DNA from: Bacteroidales bacterium
GTDB taxonomy: Bacteria; Bacteroidota; Bacteroidia; Bacteroidales; JAAYJT01
Length of the DNA stretch: 64,000 bases
NCBI GenBank assembly: GCA_049654165.1
Contig: JBASHR010000073.1
Location: 10,390-74,389, forward strand
Direction: 5' to 3'
Shown one piece after another: positions 19,341-28,566 of the stretch (positions are counted from its first letter, which is position 1; every line of letters begins with the position of its first letter). Under the pieces are notes generated by a model, which saw nothing but the letters and a program-made list of their open reading frames with translations, did no database searches and was not told the DNA's origin. The translations under genes were made by a program, and so were the position numbers.

Positions 19341-19946
19341 TTAATTATTGCCATTAAAAGCTTCAGTAGTTGCATGACCCTCTTTTGAAATACCTTCACG
19401 TTTAAAAACCTTTTGAACAGTCATAAGTATTATTTTAGTATCCAGCATAAAGGATACATTATCAACGTACCACACATCATACTCAAATTTTTTTGCCCAC
19501 GAAATAGCATTACGCCCATTTACCTGAGCCCAGCCGGTAATACCCGGTCGTATTTCGTGACGACGCTTTTGTGTTTCATTATAAAGAGGTAAATAATACG
19601 TTCTCAGAGGCCTTGGTCCCACTATGCTCATGTCACCTTTTAGCACATTGATTAATTGTGGTATTTCATCCAGCGATGCTTTGCGCACAAACTTGCCAAA
19701 ACCTGTAAGACGTTCAGCATCAGGAAGCAATTTGCCGTTTTTATCTGTTTCATCATTCATGGTTTTAAATTTGATGATCTTGAACAGACTTTCATTTTTG
19801 CCAGGTCTTTCCTGAATAAAAAACGGATTGCCTTTATTATTGAAATACAAAAGAATGGTTATCAGGAGAAATAGCGGCGATAAAACCAATAACCCCAAAA
19901 ATGCTACAATTATATCGAGGAAACGTTTAATACAGCTTTTGTACAT
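19341..19946 (-). CDS. Phosphoglycosyl transferase (bacterial sugar transferase family, PglC/WecA-unrelated small form)
   Basis: 201 aa. [38 protein letters not shown]. Confidence 0.85.
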   Translation of the reverse strand: MYKSCIKRFLDIIVAFLGLLVLSPLFLLITILLYFNNKGNPFFIQERPGKNESLFKIIKFKTMNDETDKNGKLLPDAERLTGFGKFVRKASLDEIPQLINVLKGDMSIVGPRPLRTYYLPLYNETQKRRHEIRPGITGWAQVNGRNAISWAKKFEYDVWYVDNVSFMLDTKIILMTVQKVFKREGISKEGHATTEAFNGNN

Positions 19947-20068
19947 TGTTAAGGAATATATTTTAAAAACTCTTTAAACACTTGTTAATCGGAATTGAAT
20001 TGTACTATGCTAAATAACTTTGGAAAATTATTCCTTGTGAACCGTTTAAAGATCCGTTGAAAAAGCTT

Positions 20069-21346
20069 CTAAATGGTGTTTTTATAAAAGTTTACGGTTT
20101 TCCTTCTTTTTCCAGAATCCAGTAGCACTATCTCATCAACATATTCAATCCTGAAATTACTGTCTGAACCCAGATACTCCTTGAATTCTGACGTGAGCTG
20201 TTCTTCTTTTTCAAAAGGATGGTTGCAATTAATTTTAAATAAGTAATCCTTTTGCCCGGTCTGAATTAATTGATACTGCAGGATCTCAGGATATTTCCAC
20301 ATGTTCTTGTACATAATATATGACGACACTATATTGCCCTCGCTATCAAAAAGCACATCAAGTTTTCTACCTTCTACCGTTTTTAGGAATAAAACACCAT
20401 TGCTGTCATGTTCAATACTCCCGATATCACCGGTATCATACCTTAACATTGGCATTGCGTAGTTATATAAGTCAGTAATTACTATCCTGCCTTTTTCCCC
20501 TTCCTTTAATGGGGCGTCATTCTTAAGGTTAAGTATTTCAATAAGATAGCTTGCAGAATTAAAAATAAAAGAATTGTCGCCATCAGGAAGTTGCTGGGCT
20601 AATATTCCATTTTCCAGATTACTATATCTGGCAACTACCGGGCATTTAAAAAGTTCTCTTAGTTTGGTTTTTGTCCCAGTATCCAAAGATTCAGACATTG
20701 TAATTACTGAAGAAAACTTTGCTTCGGGATCAGTAATATTATTCTTCTCGCAAAATCTTATAATCTGCTCTAATGCTGAAACATAGCCAATTATGCAATG
20801 TGTTTTGTTTTTGTTCTTTCTAATGTCGTCAAGAAGATTGGATATCTGATTATCGTCAAGCTTAATCACATCAACCGGGATCATATTCTGAGCCCAATAA
20901 ATCAGGGGATGAGCCATTTTTTCTTTTGCCCATATTTTAAAATACAGCATTCTGTCCCCTAACCGGTAGCCGGCATTTCTTTCAAACACCAGAGTATCAG
21001 CAAGATTTCGTAATTTCTTATTTTTATTCTGATAAACGGTAAATGGAGTTCCCGTAGAACCGCTTGTTGTTATTCTTATCAGCTTCTTCCTTTTGTATTT
21101 ATCTGATATAAAATCATTTATGTTCGATTTAATTATCATTTTATCTACAACTGGAAGCTCATAAAACTCCTTAATATTTAGTTTTTTATAGAACGGAACG
21201 TTTTCAGTTGAATATTCGAGTATTTGTTTGACTTTATGAGTATTCTCACCGGTTTTAAGTGATTTTTCAATCTCTTTGATGTGCTTATGAATTTTAAATC
21301 CATTCAAAGCATCTTTACCGATAAATAACAAATCCCGAAAATTCAT
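20069..21346 (-). CDS. Adenylate-forming enzyme, phenylacetate-CoA ligase / CapK / F390 synthetase family
   Basis: 425 aa. AMP-binding core motif TSGSTGTPF, and YDTGD near the C-terminal third. Confidence 0.75.
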   Translation of the reverse strand: MNFRDLLFIGKDALNGFKIHKHIKEIEKSLKTGENTHKVKQILEYSTENVPFYKKLNIKEFYELPVVDKMIIKSNINDFISDKYKRKKLIRITTSGSTGTPFTVYQNKNKKLRNLADTLVFERNAGYRLGDRMLYFKIWAKEKMAHPLIYWAQNMIPVDVIKLDDNQISNLLDDIRKNKNKTHCIIGYVSALEQIIRFCEKNNITDPEAKFSSVITMSESLDTGTKTKLRELFKCPVVARYSNLENGILAQQLPDGDNSFIFNSASYLIEILNLKNDAPLKEGEKGRIVITDLYNYAMPMLRYDTGDIGSIEHDSNGVLFLKTVEGRKLDVLFDSEGNIVSSYIMYKNMWKYPEILQYQLIQTGQKDYLFKINCNHPFEKEEQLTSEFKEYLGSDSNFRIEYVDEIVLLDSGKRRKTVNFYKNTI

Positions 21347-21358
21347 TCCTGCAATTTA

Positions 21359-22480
21359 TTATTCGTATACGATCCTGCCCAGTTGTTCAACAGATATAAA
21401 TTCCACATCCGGCCAGGTTCTGACTATTTTTTGCAATAAAGTCCTTAGGGCATTCAGGCCTTCTTTTCGGTTGTTTGGATCAATATGTCCACTAAAATTA
21501 ACCCGGTGAGAACTGATGTGTGCCGGCTTGCCCCAAAAAAATGCTGTTCTGATTTGTTTTAAAGTGAAATTAACCCAATCTGATGTTAAATCTTTGGTTG
21601 TTGGTTCAAACGGGATATTCCTGATAATGACAGGCAGCGGTTTTTTGTCGCCTAATTTATGTATCTCTCTTCGGTATTTACCATTCTCCAGCTTTCGGTT
21701 CTGATATACCGGCATATCAAAATAATCCAGGCCAAATGAGCTTAGTTCCTGTTCTAAACTTACGGGAAAATTCCGTGCGGGTGGTGTAAAACTCTTAGGC
21801 ATATAGCCATATACCTGCTCAAACTTATTTATTCCATCCCGGATTATATCAGCCATTGGCTCTACTTCATCAATAGTTTGAAAATCAAAAGCTGAAGTCC
21901 ATCCCTGACGGTAGTTTTTATGCTCCGGTAGTGAGACATAGGAGTGGTGTTGCAGAGTAGTCAGCAGATTTTTACTTTGCTTACCAAGCAGATCATTAAA
22001 AATATACAGGTTGAAATGTTCCCGCCCGTGAAACTGCGGACGCATTAATCCTTTTTCAATTCCTTCCTTCCATAATGCCCACGTTCCTTCATAAGCATCA
22101 GGATCTTTTGCAGCCAGTTTCTCAAAAGTTTCGGGCAGTAGTTCACTTATATATTCCCTGTTTCCCGCTTTGGCCATTGCTTCAAAGTTGATGTTGCATG
22201 GTATTGCGTATGGCGTGAAAACAGCAGGATTATCGTGCTTGTCTTTTACTGAGTTTAATACTTCAAATAAAGCTTCCAGGTCTTCATGGGTTTCCAATGA
22301 GTCGAAACGGTCGAAATGAGAAGCTGGTCTGATCCCTGCCTTTATAAGTGTATCTGATGCTTTGCGGGAAGCAATACGAACATTTCCGTAATCGTCAACT
22401 GAAAATACAACGAGCTTTCTTCTGGTTTTCCAGCCCGGAATGTTTTTTAGGTGGGAAGCAAGAGTATATCTCCAGTTCAT
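21359..22480 (-). CDS. Uncharacterised protein with NodB-like DD and HxxxH motifs (paralog A of 26141-27325)
   Basis: 373 aa. VVFSVDDYG, FHGREH, ISSHRVNFSGHIDPNNR. It clearly aligns with the 394-aa ORF at 26141-27325. Confidence 0.45.
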   Translation of the reverse strand: MNWRYTLASHLKNIPGWKTRRKLVVFSVDDYGNVRIASRKASDTLIKAGIRPASHFDRFDSLETHEDLEALFEVLNSVKDKHDNPAVFTPYAIPCNINFEAMAKAGNREYISELLPETFEKLAAKDPDAYEGTWALWKEGIEKGLMRPQFHGREHFNLYIFNDLLGKQSKNLLTTLQHHSYVSLPEHKNYRQGWTSAFDFQTIDEVEPMADIIRDGINKFEQVYGYMPKSFTPPARNFPVSLEQELSSFGLDYFDMPVYQNRKLENGKYRREIHKLGDKKPLPVIIRNIPFEPTTKDLTSDWVNFTLKQIRTAFFWGKPAHISSHRVNFSGHIDPNNRKEGLNALRTLLQKIVRTWPDVEFISVEQLGRIVYE

Positions 22481-23667
22481 TTTTTGTTTACATGTTGTAT
22501 TATCGTGTTATACGCAATGTCGGGCAATAAATATTTATTAAAATACGCTTTGCCGTTTTTCCCCATTGCTTCCCTTAATTCTTTGTTGTGATATAATTCT
22601 AACAATTTCTTAATTAATTCCTTTGGTTGAGTTGCGTATACCCATAATCCAAGATTATACCTGTCCAGGATGCTTCCAAAATCTGTTGCTTCATCAAGAC
22701 TTGCCAGTATGGGTAGCCCTACATTAAAATAATCAAGTGCTTTGCTTGGAATATTTGGAATTGTGAAATCCTGATGAAGACTTATCAGTCCTATGTCGCA
22801 AATACTTATTAAATCCTGATATTCCTGTTTTGGAATGGTGCTGCTCAGATATATATTGGAGATGTTTTGTTTCTCTATTAAACCTGAAATCCGGTTCATA
22901 TGTACTCCTTCACCCAGCAGAAGGAAAACAATATCAGGATATATCATTGCATCTTTAGCGAGAATTAAAACATTCTCCAATTGTTGGGGCTTACCCATAT
23001 TCCCTCCGAAAACAACAACAAATTTTCCATTTAGCTTGTATTTCTCCTTCAGGAATTGCCTAGAACTGTCGGTGCTTTTATAAGGTTTCTGAAAATTTTT
23101 TAATTCATGGAGCTTGTCTGAATTAACAAAATTGTTGTGCAGAAGAACATATTCAATATTCCCTTCCGACATACAACCTATAAAATCAGCTTCTTTATAG
23201 AGCTTCTTTTCTTTACGTCTAAAATAATTATACAAAACTCCACCTTTTTTCATAAATCCCAGATCAACAGCGTTCTGAGGAAATATGTCCCTGAGAACCA
23301 GATATAAACTTGCATTGAATTTCTTTTTTAATTTAGTTGCGAGATCCACTAAAGTAATTGGTGGTGTGGGGATTATGATAAGATCAAAACTTTTTTCTTT
23401 GTAAAATTTATTTAACGCTGCAGCGTACTGGTAAGGCAATAACAGGTTTGAAATACCTTTTAGATAGTTAGGAACATTCTTGATAGGCAGAGTCCGTACT
23501 CTTAATATCTTAATGCCTTTCTCAATGCTGACAAAGGTTTTTGTATTCCCCGGAGCAAGCACCACCACATCATGCCCGTGGTTCACAAATTCTTCAACAA
23601 GTGTAGTGTACATGTTGAATGATTTGTTCATGTCAGGGAATACAAACATGAGAAATAAAACTCTCAT
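22477..23667 (-). CDS. Glycosyltransferase, GT4 (GT-B fold) family
   Basis: 396 aa. The C-terminal domain has the E-x7-E-like region and the typical GT4 layout. It overlaps the downstream gene by 4 bp. Confidence 0.8.
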   Translation of the reverse strand: MRVLFLMFVFPDMNKSFNMYTTLVEEFVNHGHDVVVLAPGNTKTFVSIEKGIKILRVRTLPIKNVPNYLKGISNLLLPYQYAAALNKFYKEKSFDLIIIPTPPITLVDLATKLKKKFNASLYLVLRDIFPQNAVDLGFMKKGGVLYNYFRRKEKKLYKEADFIGCMSEGNIEYVLLHNNFVNSDKLHELKNFQKPYKSTDSSRQFLKEKYKLNGKFVVVFGGNMGKPQQLENVLILAKDAMIYPDIVFLLLGEGVHMNRISGLIEKQNISNIYLSSTIPKQEYQDLISICDIGLISLHQDFTIPNIPSKALDYFNVGLPILASLDEATDFGSILDRYNLGLWVYATQPKELIKKLLELYHNKELREAMGKNGKAYFNKYLLPDIAYNTIIQHVNKK

Positions 23668-23694
23668 TTTCAGTGGGGTGGTTTGTTTGGAACT

Positions 23695-24921
23695 TTAATT
23701 ACGGTTGTTTATCAGACGATTATATAAATCAAAATAATCCTGATATTGTTTTTCCTTGTCAAAATGTTTTTTAACGCGATTAATACAGGCTTCACTAAAA
23801 TACGATTTACCAGTGTCTTTCATTTGTTTGATTGCTGAAACCAGTTCTGTTATATTGCCTTTTTCAACAATCATTCCTGTGGATTTATCAATTAATTCCG
23901 GACTTGCAGTGGCGTTGTAAACAATACCCGGAGTACCGCATGCAAAACCCTCAACAGTGGTTAAACCAAATGATTCCACATATGAAATATTTAGTACCAA
24001 ATCTGCGTCACTGTAATATTGAGCCAATTCAATGACACTTTCTGTTTTCTCTATGCCGATAATGTTTTTAGGCAACTCCTTTATTTGTTTCTGGCTTAGT
24101 CCAATCAATACGATCTGGTATTCGTCGCCAAGTTCTTTGCTTAGTTTTATATAATCCTCCAGTCCTTTGCGAACCGACCATTCGCTGGCAACACCTAAAA
24201 GAATGAACTTTTCGTTTAGATTATATTTTTTTCGTAAAACCTGTTCAAAATAAGGTTTGAATATTTTAGTATCAATTCCATTGTAAATAACACTGGTAGG
24301 AATTGATTTCAGGAAGGATTTTTGAATTAAATTCTTAAGCCAATAAGATACTGGGATTAATGTTAGGTTCTTTAAAGAAGTAAAAAGCTCTTTTTTTTCA
24401 GAGAAATTCTTTTTTGAACGGTCGAGCAGGTAACTAGCCGGATATTTATTGCTTATAGGACAGTGATGACAATGTGTTTGCCATTTGTTACAATTGGCTA
24501 ATTCAAAATATGTGCAATGACCAGTGAAAGCCCAGCAATCATGCAATGTCCAGACTACCGGTGCAGGGCTAGTTCTTAAATAGTCAAACAAAACCTCAAT
24601 ATTAAGATAATAGCCGTGTAGATTGTGAAGATGAATAATATCCGGGTTTATTTTTTCAATTTCACTTACCAGTTTTTTGGTGGCAAGTCGTGATGACTGA
24701 CCAAGTGAATGATTATCAAATATACGGGTACGCAAACCATGAAGTTTTATATCCAGATCATTTCCAATCCTGATTTTTTTAGAATCACTTGGTCTATTGT
24801 TTTCACGTCCATAGGCTATGTAGCTTTCCCATCCCAAAGCCAGCGCTTTTTGACCTATTTCTTCAGCTATTCTGCCGGTTGAACCAGTATTTATTACCGA
24901 ATTAATTTGAAGAAGTTTCAT
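23695..24921 (-). CDS. Glycosyltransferase, GT4 family
   Basis: 408 aa. N-terminus INSVINTGSTGRI, C-terminus ESFGLTTVEGFACGTPGIV. Confidence 0.8.
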   Translation of the reverse strand: MKLLQINSVINTGSTGRIAEEIGQKALALGWESYIAYGRENNRPSDSKKIRIGNDLDIKLHGLRTRIFDNHSLGQSSRLATKKLVSEIEKINPDIIHLHNLHGYYLNIEVLFDYLRTSPAPVVWTLHDCWAFTGHCTYFELANCNKWQTHCHHCPISNKYPASYLLDRSKKNFSEKKELFTSLKNLTLIPVSYWLKNLIQKSFLKSIPTSVIYNGIDTKIFKPYFEQVLRKKYNLNEKFILLGVASEWSVRKGLEDYIKLSKELGDEYQIVLIGLSQKQIKELPKNIIGIEKTESVIELAQYYSDADLVLNISYVESFGLTTVEGFACGTPGIVYNATASPELIDKSTGMIVEKGNITELVSAIKQMKDTGKSYFSEACINRVKKHFDKEKQYQDYFDLYNRLINNRN

Positions 24922-24924
24922 TGT

Positions 24925-25995
24925 TTATTGGGCTCCAAGGATGAAATCAAGATATTTTTCTGCAATCTTATTGAAGCTAAAGGTGTCTCTCACTTTGTAA
25001 GCTTCTGCAGCCATTTTGTTTCTGAGGCTACTGTCATTTATCAGCTGTTCCAGAATATCAGCAAGCTCGTTTACATTGCCTGGTTCGAACAACAAACCGT
25101 TTCTGCCATGTTCAATTATATCAGAAGGACCTGCAATACAATTGCTGCTCACGCAGGCAAGTGGTACTGACATTGCTTCAAGTAAAGCATTGGGGAAACC
25201 TTCATTTAAGGAAGGAAGAACGAAAATATCGGATTCAGATAAAATATTGCTGAAATCTTTTAAATGACCATGAAAAACTACCTTTTCAGAAAGACCTGAT
25301 TTTACAGTTTCTTCACGCAGATTTTGCTTTTGAGGTCCATCACCAACAAGGTGAAGGGTCCAGTCATTATTTTTTAAGAGTGCAAATGCTTTGATCAGAA
25401 TGGTATGTCCTTTTGCTTCTGATAGCCGCCCAACACTCACTATTTGATTTTTTGATGTCCTTGTTTTAACATTGACAGGTTGAACAGCATTTGGTATTAC
25501 AGTGATATTTTTATTAGGGCTTTTTTTCTCAATTATTTCTTTTGCTGCTTTTGTTTGCGCAATAACTCCATCAGCAAATCTATAAAGTATCCAGTTAGCA
25601 ACAGTTTGAGAAATTCTTAGACTTAATGTTGGCCACATTCTGTTTGTCAGAATCACTCTGGAATTTAGAAACCTGGTTGCTAAAACAGTATAAGCATTGA
25701 AAGTCTCGCCAAAGCTCAGAATCGAATCCGGCCTGAAATTAACTATCTCTTTTCTTAAATAGGGGATAAGTCTGATAACATAAAATAACTTGTGGTTTCG
25801 TTCAAATTGAGGCCATATTAATTTTATTGTGGGATTCAGATCAAAAAATACACCCGTTCGGTAAATATTAATTATAGCTATCTGATGGCCTTTTTCAGCA
25901 AAATAGTTGGCAAGTGAAACCAAAGCACGCTCCATTCCTCCTCCTTCAAGCCCATGACTTATAAAACAGATTTTTTTTACTCTACTCACTGCCAT
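24925..25995 (-). CDS. Glycosyltransferase, GT4 family
   Basis: 356 aa. GLEGGGMERA N-terminus, and LNEGFPNALLEAMSVPLACVSS with the GNV..L motif. Confidence 0.85.
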   Translation of the reverse strand: MAVSRVKKICFISHGLEGGGMERALVSLANYFAEKGHQIAIINIYRTGVFFDLNPTIKLIWPQFERNHKLFYVIRLIPYLRKEIVNFRPDSILSFGETFNAYTVLATRFLNSRVILTNRMWPTLSLRISQTVANWILYRFADGVIAQTKAAKEIIEKKSPNKNITVIPNAVQPVNVKTRTSKNQIVSVGRLSEAKGHTILIKAFALLKNNDWTLHLVGDGPQKQNLREETVKSGLSEKVVFHGHLKDFSNILSESDIFVLPSLNEGFPNALLEAMSVPLACVSSNCIAGPSDIIEHGRNGLLFEPGNVNELADILEQLINDSSLRNKMAAEAYKVRDTFSFNKIAEKYLDFILGAQ

Positions 25996-26140
25996 TTCAA
26001 TATGTTTTCCACAAAATTATTTTGCAGAACCACTCTTTTCTTCTTTTGTGCCATTATTTGCCTGATTAATCAGGACTTTTTATAGCTGAAAGAAATCGAA
26101 CTAAATATTTAATTAGGTTAAATGTTGTTACTTCAAAATC

Positions 26141-27325
26141 TTAACAATCATCTCTATCAATAATGCTCAATAAATCGGCGCTGGTAACAAATTCTGCATC
26201 AGGCCACTTTATTAAAATCTCTTTTAGTAAGATATTCAATCCCAATAGATTGTGTTTTCTGTTGTCTTCGTTTATAGAGCCTGTGAAATTTATTCTGTGA
26301 GATGAAATTATTGCTGGTTTTTTCCAAAAAAAAGCTCTTTGAATATCTCTCAAACAGTTGTTTATGTTATCAAATCTACTATTGGTCTGCGAGGGTTCGT
26401 ACTGACAATTCCTAATCGTATAAATTTGTTTATATACATTTCGTTTCCCGGTAAAAACCCTGTTTAAGCCAATTTTGCTATTATTTTTTGGAAAAATATG
26501 GTAGTGCATACCCTGAAGTCCTTTAATTTCCATTTCAGCCAGGGTCTCATTCAGTTCTATTGCCCATATAAAATTATTAGCAATAAACGTTTGGGATTTA
26601 TATCCAAACAGTTGTTCAAACAATTTTAATCCTTCTTTTATCGTGGTTTTATATTCTGCCAGATGTTCAGGTTTGGCAGAGTAAAAAGATGCCTGAATTG
26701 ATCTTGCAGGCGAATAGAGTTTTTGAGGGATCCCCCAAAAGCCAAGTTCAAAAGCATCTAACAAAGGTTTGTTCCCGTTACGTAGCAATTCTAACCATAA
26801 AGGCACATTTACATGTTCACGGCCATGGAACTGTGGATAAATCAATCTTTGATTTATTCCTTGTTGCCAGATAGCAAACACATTTTCATCAGGATAATAA
26901 CGTTTTAAAGTTTCAGTAAAAGGTTCATAATAATATTCAGTATAATTGGTTGCTTTTATCCGGTTGAAATCCGGATTTGCCACTACTGTATTAAAAGTTA
27001 TCACCGGATGATTCCCAGACCGGTCTTTATATTTATTCAAAACTTCAAATAAAGCATTTAAGTCGGTTGAGTTTGCTAGGGTGTCAAAACGATTATATGG
27101 ATCGGACTTTATATTATAACCAAGACCTGAATATTCCTCAAATACCTCTTTTGATGGCATTCGAATACTTCCCCAGTCGTCGCTTTCTATTACTACCAGT
27201 TTGCGATTAGTGCTCCAGCCACGAAAGTTGTTAAAATGAGTATTAATTATGTGTTTAATGTTATTTAACAAACTAGATGCTTTATTTTTTTTAATAAGTT
27301 TCCCGTATTGTATGGAAAAGAGCAT
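26141..27325 (-). CDS. Uncharacterised protein with NodB-like DD and HxxxH motifs (paralog B of 21359-22480)
   Basis: 394 aa. VVIESDDWG, FHGREH, ISSHRINFTGSINEDNR, WPDAEFVT. Confidence 0.45.
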   Translation of the reverse strand: MLFSIQYGKLIKKNKASSLLNNIKHIINTHFNNFRGWSTNRKLVVIESDDWGSIRMPSKEVFEEYSGLGYNIKSDPYNRFDTLANSTDLNALFEVLNKYKDRSGNHPVITFNTVVANPDFNRIKATNYTEYYYEPFTETLKRYYPDENVFAIWQQGINQRLIYPQFHGREHVNVPLWLELLRNGNKPLLDAFELGFWGIPQKLYSPARSIQASFYSAKPEHLAEYKTTIKEGLKLFEQLFGYKSQTFIANNFIWAIELNETLAEMEIKGLQGMHYHIFPKNNSKIGLNRVFTGKRNVYKQIYTIRNCQYEPSQTNSRFDNINNCLRDIQRAFFWKKPAIISSHRINFTGSINEDNRKHNLLGLNILLKEILIKWPDAEFVTSADLLSIIDRDDC

Positions 27326-27345
27326 ATAGCCAGGGAATTAGGGCT

Positions 27346-28566
27346 TTACAAACTTAATAAAAAATTGTACAGAGTTTTTGCCTGAATTTCTTGATTGAAA
27401 AAAGTTTTAGCAACTTTAAGCCCATTAGCACCGATTTCTTCTGCTTCTTCCGGATTATTCAATGCACGTCTCATTGCATTGGCAAAGGAATCAACATTGC
27501 CGGGTTCTGCAAAATAAGCCGATTCTCCATCTGTCAGATAATCAGGTATTTCGCCAACAGTTGTAACACAAACCGGATTTCCTGTAGCCAGGTATTCACC
27601 AAGCTTTGTGGGAAAACCACCCTGAGCCTGTTTGGAATCAGGGCGAGGAAGGGCTAATAACGATGCGTTCTTTATGATAGCGGGAATTTGATCTCTGCTA
27701 TAGGCACCTTTCCAGAAAATCCTGTCTTCCAGTTTTAAGTTTCTTATCAGCTTCAGATGACCGGGTGTGTCATAATTCCATCCTCCTACAAGATATAATC
27801 TGTAGTCCGGAAAACCTTTGGCAATAGATGAGAATGCCTGAATCAAAATATTTACTCCGTCTTTATTGTCGTTCATCACACCTATAAAAGCAATGTAAGG
27901 TTTTTGAAAACCCTGTAAAGGAGCTTCGGCGTTTTTAAACCGATCAAGATCAACTGTCATTGGCAGATGAAGTAGTTTTGGCGAAGGTTCGGGAAAAGTA
28001 TTGTAATGTTTTATTAATGTATTTGTCATTAAAGCAAGCCCGTTATATTTGTGAAAAGCTTTCTTCTCAAAATATTTTTGTTTGGAACCGGCTTTCCATC
28101 TTTGAAGGAAATTTCCCTTGTTGTATTTATGAATATCCAGAAACTCACTCATTTCCAGGAAAAGTTTTGCCTCTGGTATGTGTTTTCTTACTTCAGTTGC
28201 AATTTTAAAACCAGTCATAGTGCTATCAGTCCAAATAATGGATTGATTCAGGTCATTGATTGCTAATATTTTGGATTTGAGATTCTTAAAATTAAAATGA
28301 TGTCCTAAGTAATTGTAATATCTAGTATAAAGATATCCACTTACTACTTTATTGGTTAAGTACTGATATTTTATATTTTTAAATGTTCCTGAAATATTAA
28401 AGTTTTCCTTTTCCTTCAATGAGTTAAATCCGGAAGCAATATAAATTTCTATTGCAACGCCTGATTCACTTAATCCCTCAATAAGTGTTCTCCAACGGTT
28501 TGAGGTGGCGGATGAATGAGCGAAAGGATTCTCTGATATGATGATTTTAATTGTTGTTTTTAGCAT
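27346..28566 (-). CDS. Glycosyltransferase, GT-B fold (GT1/GT4-like)
   Basis: The C-terminus (GGFPTKLGEYLATGNPV) is GT-B-like. I take the start as the ATG at 28566 (MLKTTIKIII). The track's longer ORF to 28629 would lie inside the upstream Wzy-like gene. Confidence 0.75.
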   Translation of the reverse strand: MLKTTIKIIISENPFAHSSATSNRWRTLIEGLSESGVAIEIYIASGFNSLKEKENFNISGTFKNIKYQYLTNKVVSGYLYTRYYNYLGHHFNFKNLKSKILAINDLNQSIIWTDSTMTGFKIATEVRKHIPEAKLFLEMSEFLDIHKYNKGNFLQRWKAGSKQKYFEKKAFHKYNGLALMTNTLIKHYNTFPEPSPKLLHLPMTVDLDRFKNAEAPLQGFQKPYIAFIGVMNDNKDGVNILIQAFSSIAKGFPDYRLYLVGGWNYDTPGHLKLIRNLKLEDRIFWKGAYSRDQIPAIIKNASLLALPRPDSKQAQGGFPTKLGEYLATGNPVCVTTVGEIPDYLTDGESAYFAEPGNVDSFANAMRRALNNPEEAEEIGANGLKVAKTFFNQEIQAKTLYNFLLSL

